A DNA stretch of 64,000 nucleotides from IMG/VR virus record IMGVR_UViG_3300048796_000130; one strand, written 5' to 3'. The translations under genes were made by a program, and so were the position numbers. The stretch's first letter is position 1; the number at the start of each line of letters is the position of its first letter. Shown piece by piece: positions 1-8,200 of the stretch. This DNA is from an uncultured virus (IMG/VR IMGVR_UViG_3300048796_000130). Its lineage: Duplodnaviria; Heunggongvirae; Uroviricota; Caudoviricetes. The notes under the pieces are model-generated. The model was not told where the DNA came from, did not search any database, and was given only the letters and a program-made list of their open reading frames with translations.

Positions 1-455
1 CTGTTGAAAGAGAGCTGAAAAGGAAAAAATGACGCACAAGCCATCGGAATTTGAAAAGTCGACCGGGGACTGCCGCGCCAGGCGACGCGTCGGGCGAAAG
101 GCCGATGTAATGTCCGATAACAGGTATCGGGGTAAACTGCCGCATTGACAGGAGACGGGTAGACCTCGACTGGCCCGACGTGCTTTTCGTACATCCCGCT
201 TATCGACATCCCGAAGAGCGGGGCCGTCTCCGGACGGGCTTCTTTCACGCGCTTGGCGCTGACGGGCTGCTTGGGGAACAACCGCCGCTGTTTGCCACCT
301 CCGCCGCCATCGTCACCGCCGAATTTCTTTCGCGCACGGCAGAGCCGCACGTTGCGAACGTTCGTGTGTTCCGGAGTACAGCAGACTTGCCACTCAACGA
401 CGGGCGTGAACTTGATTTGGCAAACGGGGCAGGTTCGTTTGGTCAGGCCGCTCAT
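1..455 (-). CDS. Hypothetical protein with N-terminal Zn-finger-like motif; partial, runs off the window start
   Basis: Manual translation from ATG 455: MSGLTKRTCPVCQIKFTPVVEWQVCCTPEH..., open to position 1; a consensus promoter lies directly upstream. Confidence 0.55.
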   Translation of the reverse strand, partial: MSGLTKRTCPVCQIKFTPVVEWQVCCTPEHTNVRNVRLCRARKKFGGDDGGGGGKQRRLFPKQPVSAKRVKEARPETAPLFGMSISGMYEKHVGPVEVYPSPVNAAVYPDTCYRTLHRPFARRVAWRGSPRSTFQIPMACASFFPFQLSFN

Positions 456-492
456 GCGTCCAAAATGTAATAGCATCCTATTTCGTTGTCAA
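456..492 (-). promoter_or_regulatory. sigma70-type promoter, probably leaderless
   Basis: TTGACA (492-487), 17 nt, TACATT (469-464), 8 nt, ATG 455. Confidence 0.65.
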
Positions 493-563
493 GCCCTTTT
501 CTCGGTTCGCTTGTGCAAAAAGCGAAAATCGGCGCGGCGCGCAAATACAAAAAAGGCGAACAA

Positions 564-591
564 CAAATACAAATACAAATACAAATACAAA
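564..591 (+). repeat. (CAAATA)x4 tandem repeat in an A-rich intergenic region
   Basis: Read directly; extra single copies at 542 and 650. Confidence 0.9.
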
Positions 592-832
592 AGCAACGAA
601 GACAAGACCTTGTCGTAGTCGTTGTTGTTCCTCTCAACTACAACAGAAACAAATACGACAGGGGCAAACGCGGTTGCGCGCCAAAAACGCGCGCCCCCTT
701 TCGGAGAACCAAAAACGACAACAAAAAAAGCTTGCCTGAGGAGCGGCAAAGCAACCCAAAGGCCAAACCAGATGCAAAGCGGGAGGACGGCGGAGAGGAA
801 CGGCGGGCGGGGAAAAAGGCGAAGAGAAAATC

Positions 833-1249
833 TTACGGCAGACTGACTTCAACCGCGTAGGAGTACACGACGGGGGTTTCGGCTTTGATTCGAGCGGCGG
901 CAGTTTCGCCCATCTCGGCGGTGAACAGATCCAGCCAGCTCGGGTAGCAGCCCTGGTGGGTTTTCGCGAAGGTGAACTCAGGCGCGTTTTGAGCTGGGCG
1001 CCACTCCCCTGCTTCCAGCCGCTTCGCCATGCGCCGATTTACCTGGTCCGGCGTGAGCGCTTTCAATTCGTCTTCGGTTTTCACGCCAAGAACGGTTTCC
1101 GCGAGTTTCAACCGGCGGAACTTCACTTCCTTCTCGGCCGCGGCCTGCTTCTTTTTCGCGTCGGCGAACTTCCGCTCCCACTCGGCGATCTCCGTGAGTT
1201 CGTCTTTAGTGACGACGATGGGCGCGAGTTTGGCGGCGGTGGCGGGCAT
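833..1249 (-). CDS. Hypothetical phage protein (coiled-coil N-terminus)
   Basis: ORF 833..1324; likely ATG at 1249 (MPATAAKLAP); normal protein composition. Confidence 0.65.
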   Translation of the reverse strand: MPATAAKLAPIVVTKDELTEIAEWERKFADAKKKQAAAEKEVKFRRLKLAETVLGVKTEDELKALTPDQVNRRMAKRLEAGEWRPAQNAPEFTFAKTHQGCYPSWLDLFTAEMGETAAARIKAETPVVYSYAVEVSLP

Positions 1250-1384
1250 CAGGCTTTCAATGGTTCCTTGAGATAAAGTTTTTGCGGCTGGAGTGGGCCG
1301 CCGAACGTGAGTTGCTCCCACCAAACTTTTCCAGAAAATAAAAGTCGCAACCGCTCGGCAGAACTGGAGAGCAGGCTTCCATCG

Positions 1385-1585
1385 TTAAAAAATTCCGGCG
1401 CGGTTCAGCGTCTCGTGAATTTTCTCGGCGTCCGGGTTGCTGTACAGCAGGTGGAGCGCGGTCTCAACTTGCGCGAGTTGGCGGCTCAGGGAATTGCGCT
1501 GCGATTCCAGACGGTCACGGAAAGTTGATTGTTTATTAACCCTCGCATCGTTCCCAACTTGCTGCGTATTGCATTCATCGCACAT
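1385..1585 (-). CDS. Small coiled-coil hypothetical protein
   Basis: 66 aa, heptad pattern, GAGGG upstream. Confidence 0.6.
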   Translation of the reverse strand: MCDECNTQQVGNDARVNKQSTFRDRLESQRNSLSRQLAQVETALHLLYSNPDAEKIHETLNRAGIF

Positions 1586-1677
1586 GGGGCAATTCCCTCT
1601 CGCGCTTCACTCTGCTCTTCCCCGCTGTTGACTGTCTAGATTACCGAAGTGACCAGCCGTGGTAGAGTTGGGGCGTA

Positions 1678-2230
1678 CCGTTTCCAAAACGGTTTCCACA
1701 ATGATAAACACTGGAGAAAACGAAAATGCCCCTACGCCAAGCCGCGCCCTGCTTAAAGTGCTGCCAGATGATCGAACCCTCGAACGTCGCCTTCGTCGCC
1801 GACATCCGACTCCGCGCCGTGGGGATGGAAGACGCGCCCCGCTCCCCACAAGCCTCCGTCTCGATCTGCGTCACTTGCTCGAACCTGATGGCCAAGGGAG
1901 ACGAGCCGCCCCAGCGTACCCAACCGTTGAATCACATCGTCTACGAACTCTTGCGCGACATGATCGCCAACGATTTCACTTTCAGTCTGCATGACTGGAT
2001 CGCCATGCGGAAAGAGATGGGGCTGCCGGTGCCGGTTTTAATCGAGCCGAAAGTGTTGCGCGCCTGGAAGGAATTGCAGCGGACGATGGCTTTGCCGGCG
2101 ATACAGACCATCGACAACGGTGACGACGGGGAAGGGAAGACGGCTCTGGTGAAGGCAGGCTAGAGCGGAACCCGTTTCCAATACCGTTTCCACAACGATA
2201 AACACTGGCCTTAAAACCGTTTCCAAAACG
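1678..2230 (+). repeat. 37-bp direct repeat (1678-1714 and 2172-2208, 3 mismatches) built from 12-bp CCGTTTCCAAAA-like units, with a further unit at 2217-2230
   Basis: ccgtttccaaaacggtttccacaatgataaacactgg vs ccgtttccaataccgtttccacaacgataaacactgg. Confidence 0.9.
1726..2163 (+). CDS. Hypothetical protein with CxxC...CxxC Zn-binding motif
   Basis: CLKC and CVTC; GGAG RBS; TGgTAGAGT extended -10 at 1660-1668. Confidence 0.65.
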   Translation: MPLRQAAPCLKCCQMIEPSNVAFVADIRLRAVGMEDAPRSPQASVSICVTCSNLMAKGDEPPQRTQPLNHIVYELLRDMIANDFTFSLHDWIAMRKEMGLPVPVLIEPKVLRAWKELQRTMALPAIQTIDNGDDGEGKTALVKAG

Positions 2231-2233
2231 CGG

Positions 2234-3055
2234 CTAACGACGTCGACCATCGCCAGAAATAGCGAGTTCGCCGGCAGAATCGCCACTTCCGGCGATACTG
2301 GCGATCGCTTCGAGTAAGCACTGCTTTTCGAGCGCCGGCATCCTTTCCAGCCGCTTCACCCAGCGCAACTTTTTCCGCTTGATCCGCTCGCGCTCCCGGA
2401 AGTTCGATCCCAGATAGGAATAGTCGTGGAGCGCAACCGGGGCAGGGAAGTTGAACCAGAGGAATTCTGTAGCGGTGTGGCCGCCGCGCGTCATGGCTTC
2501 GTACTGGATCGAGTTCCACTTTTTCAGAAAGACTTCGTAGAGCTTGGTTGGGTAGCCTGAAATCATTACCCGGCAAGGCAGAGCGGTGATGGCCGTCAAG
2601 AGGCTGAAATGCTGCGCAACTCCCAGATCAAATTTGTAGCGTGATCGTGAGCGCAATGTCTCCGGCATATACGGCGGGTCACAGTACACCAGTTCATCCC
2701 CTGTGAATTTGTAGGACTTCAGGAAGGCAATCCCGTCTCCGCACTGGAAACGGAATTGTCGATCGGTTATCGCTGGATTCGGCGATGGAGGCCTCCGCCC
2801 TCGAGCACCGTCATTTTCGGCGGTGCGGACCGCACCGTCATTTCTAGCGTGGCGGGATCTCCCCCTGGCCCACTCGCGCATTCTGGCGATAGCGGCCGAG
2901 TCCAGATCGATTCCAATATTGAGCGCGGCGGGTTGCTTCAGCCGGAGGATGGCCCCGCCGCCCAGGAAGGGTTCGACATAGACTGAGTGCGGGGGCATCC
3001 GGTTGATGATGGTCTGGTAGACGCCCGCGCCGTTCTTTCCGCCGGGGTAGGACAT
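2234..3055 (-). CDS. DNA adenine methyltransferase, D12/Dam-like
   Basis: YPGGK, YVEPFLGGG (SAM binding), YCDPPY (catalytic), ISGY, TEFLWFN. Confidence 0.92.
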   Translation of the reverse strand: MSYPGGKNGAGVYQTIINRMPPHSVYVEPFLGGGAILRLKQPAALNIGIDLDSAAIARMREWARGRSRHARNDGAVRTAENDGARGRRPPSPNPAITDRQFRFQCGDGIAFLKSYKFTGDELVYCDPPYMPETLRSRSRYKFDLGVAQHFSLLTAITALPCRVMISGYPTKLYEVFLKKWNSIQYEAMTRGGHTATEFLWFNFPAPVALHDYSYLGSNFRERERIKRKKLRWVKRLERMPALEKQCLLEAIASIAGSGDSAGELAISGDGRRR

Positions 3056-3090
3056 TCCTGCAGCATCGCCGAAAGTGGAGATGCTGTCAA
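3056..3090 (-). promoter_or_regulatory. Leaderless promoter of the MTase gene, overlapped by an inverted repeat
   Basis: TTGACA-17-GATGCT-6-ATG; CAGCATCGCC/GGAGATGCTG inverted repeat at 3061-3086. Confidence 0.6.
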
Positions 3091-3187
3091 GCGCGGAGTT
3101 TTTCGGATCCCACCGGCGTTTCTGGCGAGGTCAGCTCGAGGAAAAACGGATATCGCATCGCCGGATCAAGCGAGGCTACCAGGTCAG

Positions 3188-3229
3188 AAACACAAAAGCT
3201 CTCCGGGCGTCACATTTCCCGGAGAGCTT
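3188..3229 (-). terminator. Rho-independent terminator ending the late/lysis operon
   Basis: 12-bp stem AAGCTCTCCGGG/CCCGGAGAGCTT followed by a T-rich tail on the minus strand. Confidence 0.8.
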
Positions 3230-3340
3230 CTGCTTTAGGCCGCGAATTGATAGTCGGCTGTTGATCGTTTTGCTCACGATCTAACCGAGTGCAAAATACA
3301 GCGACAATCACCCGCCAACAAATGAACAGCTTTGATTATC

Positions 3341-3883
3341 TCAGAAGTGGAAGTTCGGCCCGAACGCGATCAGGTACGTGTTATTCGCGTACCCCGGCAG
3401 CTTCGCGTACTGCGCTTCTACGCCTAATCCTACATTCCCATTCATGGCGTAATTGATTCCGCCGCCGATGGTCTCGCCCCAGTGTCCACCTGTGGGTCCG
3501 CCCAAAACTTTCACCGCACCGACTGTGCCCGTTAAATAGAACTGGAAGGCAAAGCCATTCAATGTTGGACTCGCATTGTTGAGAGCTTTCGAGATCCCCG
3601 GCAAAAAGTATTTCGCGCCCCCGGAGAAATAGTTGAAGCTGGTCGAGATGATGTTCAAGTTCTCCACGTCCAGATTCGGCGTGACGCTGATCGAGGCTCC
3701 GTTCATGGTTCCGGTGACGGAAGACTTTGTGCCCGGCAAGGTGGTCGGGGTCAGAGTCACCGAAAAGGTTGTGCTGGGGAATGCGCTGGGCTGCGGTGCG
3801 GGCGCGGCCGGTAGAGAGGTTTGGGCGAATCCCGCCAGAGAGAGCGCGAGACAGAGGACTGCAAGGGTAAACATTTTCTTCAT
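3341..3883 (-). CDS. Outer-membrane beta-barrel protein (Lom/Ail/OmpA-barrel-like)
   Basis: Signal peptide (AGFA|Q), amphipathic beta strands, GGGINY, C-terminal ...FGPNFHF ending in Phe. Confidence 0.75.
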   Translation of the reverse strand: MKKMFTLAVLCLALSLAGFAQTSLPAAPAPQPSAFPSTTFSVTLTPTTLPGTKSSVTGTMNGASISVTPNLDVENLNIISTSFNYFSGGAKYFLPGISKALNNASPTLNGFAFQFYLTGTVGAVKVLGGPTGGHWGETIGGGINYAMNGNVGLGVEAQYAKLPGYANNTYLIAFGPNFHF

Positions 3884-3910
3884 TGTGATTTTCTCCTTGA
3901 AAGTTTTTAG

Positions 3911-4084
3911 TTAGCGATTTCCCCCAAACAGACTTTCTCCAATCGCATTCCCCAACCCTCCCAGCATGGACTTGAACCATCCCGGCTTTCCTTTGCACTT
4001 ACACAGGGAACACTTCTCTCCCACCGGATGTACCGGGTGAGGGCAGTAGAGGCAGCAGGGAAGGGAAGGGGAGGGAGTGTTCAT
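3911..4084 (-). CDS. 57-aa Cys/His-rich peptide with an amphipathic C-terminal helix
   Basis: ATGA overlap with the upstream stop; CCLYCPHPVH...CSLCKC then GWFKSMLGGLGNAIGESLFGG. Confidence 0.6.
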   Translation of the reverse strand: MNTPSPSLPCCLYCPHPVHPVGEKCSLCKCKGKPGWFKSMLGGLGNAIGESLFGGNR

Positions 4085-4788
4085 TTCTGCGCAGCCACTT
4101 TCTTGGCGCACGCGATCCAGTCGGTGCGGATGCACTCTTGCGCGTCGGTGAGTTTCATCCTGCCCGTGCAGACCAGGCGGTGCAGGTCGTTTTCCAGTTT
4201 GTCTTTTACGTGGAAACCGGGAGATCCGTCCGGGTAAGTGGCGAGCTGGGGCCAAAGATTCGCGACTTCATCCGCGCCCCCGAGTTCGAGCGAGATCAGG
4301 TGATCGATCTCCATGACCTTCGCCTTGGGGCAGGCGGCGATTTTGTATTCCGCGCAGGCTTGCTTCTTCATCGCTTCGGTGGTGTTGCGGAATTGTTTGG
4401 TGGTGGTGGAGCAGACTTGTTTCGTGTTGGTGGTGCGCACCGCGCCGGGCGTGAGCTTCGGGTTCGGGAGCTGCGCGGTGGAGTGTGTGGCGGCGAATGC
4501 GAGGAAGGCGACCAGCAAGAGAATCTTGAGCGCCGGCGGATTCTGCGCGGGCAATTCGGCGAGAAGCTTTTGCCCGATGGGTGATTTAATCAGCCAGGCG
4601 CCGGCCGCCACACCGCCGACGTGCAAGGCGGCGAGCGCGAGCAGGCCGATGCAATGTAGCGACCAGCAGGGATTCGGGGCGTCGTAATATTTCTTGACCG
4701 CGCCCGATGCCGCGGCGCCGCCGATCAGGATTGCGCCCTTCGCCCAGGGGGGCAGGGAATTCCAGTAAGCGATGAGTTTCTGTTTCAT
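4081..4788 (-). CDS. Holin-like membrane N-terminus fused, via an internal signal-peptide-like segment, to an HNH-like domain
   Basis: Two hydrophobic segments, LKILLLVAFLAFAATHSTA|Q, then TPGA...EIDHLISLELGGADEVANLWPQ...KDKLEN; adjacent to lysozyme. Confidence 0.65.
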   Translation of the reverse strand: MKQKLIAYWNSLPPWAKGAILIGGAAASGAVKKYYDAPNPCWSLHCIGLLALAALHVGGVAAGAWLIKSPIGQKLLAELPAQNPPALKILLLVAFLAFAATHSTAQLPNPKLTPGAVRTTNTKQVCSTTTKQFRNTTEAMKKQACAEYKIAACPKAKVMEIDHLISLELGGADEVANLWPQLATYPDGSPGFHVKDKLENDLHRLVCTGRMKLTDAQECIRTDWIACAKKVAAQK

Positions 4789-4808
4789 GAGAGGGTTTCC
4801 TTTTCTAC

Positions 4809-5267
4809 CTACTGCCAGAATCCGGATTCGATTTGCAGGGCAAGTCTTGCGATGCGTTCCGGCTCTTCGTGATCGGCGGCGGAGTCAAGCAGTTGCGCTT
4901 TCGCTTCCGCCCAGTTGCCGTCTTTCATCGCGGCCAGGAAATTCACAAAGCCCGAGAGCTTGTGCGAGCCCATGTTGAAGACGAGATTCAGCATCGCCCC
5001 TTTTCTCGCGTCGTCGAGTTGCATCGCCCACGGCCAGTTGGCTTCGAGCGCGACTAGCGCGTCCGGAACGTCGTCTTGGATTAGGATGAAGTCGCGGGCT
5101 TTCTGGGAGAGCGGTTTCGCTGTGAGGTTGTGCCCCACGCCGATGGTCAGGTTGCCTTTCAGGGTTTGCCCGACGAGCAGCGGTTGCCCGGTTGCATCGT
5201 CATAAGCGAATCCGCGGTCGTCTTCGTCGCGGCGGAGTTGGTCGTAAATGTTGGTGATGGCGGCCAT
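4809..5267 (-). CDS. Endolysin, GH24/T4-lysozyme-like
   Basis: QLRRDE..YDD...LTIGVGHNL...NLVFNMG..L.GF.NFLAAM..GNW.EA..LLDS. Confidence 0.9.
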   Translation of the reverse strand: MAAITNIYDQLRRDEDDRGFAYDDATGQPLLVGQTLKGNLTIGVGHNLTAKPLSQKARDFILIQDDVPDALVALEANWPWAMQLDDARKGAMLNLVFNMGSHKLSGFVNFLAAMKDGNWAEAKAQLLDSAADHEEPERIARLALQIESGFWQ

Positions 5268-5280
5268 GAGAACAAACCTC

Positions 5281-8200
5281 CTAGTGAACTACCGGCACTA
5301 ACTGCACAATCAAAACATCTCCGCGCGACTTGTTCGCTCCCACGTAGGTGTATTGCACTCCGTTCGCATCGGTGACCACACAGCCCACGGTTCCGCTACA
5401 AGTTGACCAGGTAGGCTTTGTGGTCGAACTTGTTCCGGGCGTGGTGATCTGGAAAACCCCGTAGTTTGTGCCGCTGCCACCGGTCGAGCTGAAGGGGTTG
5501 ATATAGGCGTTGAGCGGGTAAGGCGTACTTGGCGCCCACGGCGGCCCACAGGGAGGATTCGTGCTGCCATCGGTTCCGCCAAAGGCACAATTGCCATCCG
5601 AGGTGAATGCTAAGAATTGACCGTCTCCGGACCACTGGCTGATGCAGAACTGCACGTCAAAGAAAATATTTCCGCCTGTGTTGAAGCAGTGCGCGAAACG
5701 ATACTGGATCTGCGCTGGGTTCGGGGTTGTTCCGTTTACCCAGGTCGGAGAGATTGAGAGGCAAACTTCTTCGCCCTGCCAGGGCGCTTCCGGCGGCGGC
5801 GCCAGCGTGCCGTTGTTATAGATGCTGCCGCAGACAGAGCCGGTATCTGTGCCGTTGGGGTTGAATGCTGGACTCATGTGCGAGTCGTAGGCCAAGGAGT
5901 AGAAGCAAGGCGGCAGCGCGCTGGGCGGAGGGACGGAGTAGGTTGTCGTGCAAGGCGGCTGCCAGTTGATCAGCGGCACAAGCGTCGGAGTCAGTGCGGA
6001 GAGCACCATCGAGAACGCGCCCGTCGTGTAATCGTCCGGCGGTCCCACGGTCTGTCCTCCCACGTTGACGAGGGTCTGATCAAGCATCATCCAATGGTCA
6101 GAGGGGGTGTCGTAGAGTTGCAGGGAAGTGAGGGGGCTGAAATTTGCCGCGAATGGCACCCAATCGTAGATGTCGCCGAGCGCTGGAGTGGGACAATTGA
6201 CGCCGGGACTGTAGGCCATGCCCTGCCGCGCGATCGCGGGATAGTCTTCTGTTCCGCTGCCTTTACTGTTGTGGATGAAGATCCCGCAGTTGTTGTTAAA
6301 GATCGAGTTCTGGCCCTGCGGCGCCAGGGTGAGTGTGCCGCCCGAGCAGTTGTAGCCTGTGCCTCCTGAGCAAGTTGTTTTCGATTGCCAGCCGGTAGCG
6401 GTATTCAGCAGTTCGAAGCTATTTGCGACGGAGTCGTAGGCAATCTCGAAGATTCCCGTGCCCTGGTCGCCGTTGTAAGTCGAGACGTTATCGTCCCAGC
6501 CGTACTGGTTATTCGAGAATGCGTCGACCACTCGGGTGCTGTTGCGCGAGATGCCGGCAAAACTCGACCAGGAGGGCGGGCTCATGGGGCCAACGTTCGT
6601 CCAGGCGCAATATCCAGGGGAGCCTTCCGTGACCACCGTCATCAGGTACGGGAATCCGCCAGAGGAGAAGTCCGGCGATGAGCCATTCGAGGTGCAATTC
6701 GACGTGGTGAGTTGGAAGACAAACGTAGGAGGGCCGCCGATGTTGCGCCACTTCACCTGATTATCCGTGATGGCGCCTTCGGATGCGGAATAGCAAGAGC
6801 TTCCCGTGTTGCCCTTATTCCAGTTGGGCTCCGAGCCGCTGGCGGAGGTCTCGCCGGCCGCCGTCAGTTTGAACGCGCAATTGAGCGGATTATTTACCGT
6901 GGGCTGGATCAACGTCCCGAGCTGCGATGTGGTGTAAGTGGTGCTCGCCGTCCAGTCTGGAATTCCAGGTAGTGCGGCGGAAATGTACTGTCCTGAGACG
7001 TAAGCCGTGTTCGCCGTCCAGGCCGGGGCGTTGGTCGCGCAGCTATTCATCGGCAGGCCGCAGGCCAAGTCGGTAAAGGGTGCCCCCACGGTGAAATCCA
7101 TGGTCGAGAGGTTGAAGTTGTAGGGGATCACTTGCGTGCCTGGGATACCGTAATAGACATTGGGGTTCGACCAGTCCCACGAGCCACCACTGAAGTTAAA
7201 GGGGGAACTCGAACTCCCTGGAGTCGTCAGATTTTGCGAGGCATTGACCGCCGTGCCGCAACCGATACCCAGATTCGATTTGTTGAGCGAGGTGATCAGC
7301 ACGCGGCCATCGAAGTCATTCAACCGGAGTGCGGTCGAGTTGGCATTGAACGTCTGCTCGCAATCTCCCGATCCGCCGCAGCCGGCGGAGAACATATTAT
7401 TTTGGAACCCGGGCTCAAAGTTCGCGTCGGTGCAGCGGATGATGGGACTGAGCTGTCCGGTAAAGTTTGCCGGCGGCAGCGTGTAGGAGTTGTCGGTCAG
7501 GACCGCGTTGTTCTTCGTGAGGTTGCCGAAGTTCGGAACCGTTGCCCATGGAACAAGTGCGGTGCCGCTGTAGGCGGTGTAGAAATTCGGTGAAGGCGGA
7601 GCTATGCCCAGCGTCCATGTGCCCGTCTCGCAGAGCCCGCCTCCCGACGTGGGGCAGCCCCCATAGACCGATTGCGCTCCGAGAAACAAAGCAAACGACG
7701 CATCGTAGGGCAACACTTGCGCCAGCACGGATGCTGAAGTTTGCGCGTAGGTGGTCGAGGAGTAATTCGGATCGAGCGCGAACAGGATGTCGCCCACGGG
7801 ATAAGCCGACGAGTCGTAGTGAGAGCAGAGCGCGCAACTGGCCGGCCCATTGGTGTAAATCTCGGCGTTGTTCACCGTGACTAAAAGACCGCCGGAAAAG
7901 TTCACCAGCCCCGTGGTGCGCAGACTCACCAATCCATTCAGCAGACCGATAAAACCTTCCGGGCAGTCGGTGGAAGCCGCCGCAGGGGCAAGCGGACCGG
8001 CAATCGCAAACGTAGAACTGACTTGGCAATTCGTGGGCTGGGAACCGTTTAAGGTCTGCAAGGAGAGTGTCGAGCGCTGTCCGGCCAGCGCGCCGCCGGT
8101 AAACGTTGGATAGGTCACCGCGTTGCGATACCAACCGCCCGAAGTGCAACCCAGAGTTGCAGAACTTGGAGGATCATCGCAGGGCGTGGGGGTCGAGATT

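Noticed and set aside
486..860. ORF with QIQIQIQIQ resembling the linker of phage replication initiators
   Set aside because: The pattern arises from the CAAATA repeat; no initiator domain, TTG start without RBS, and opposite orientation to its neighbours.
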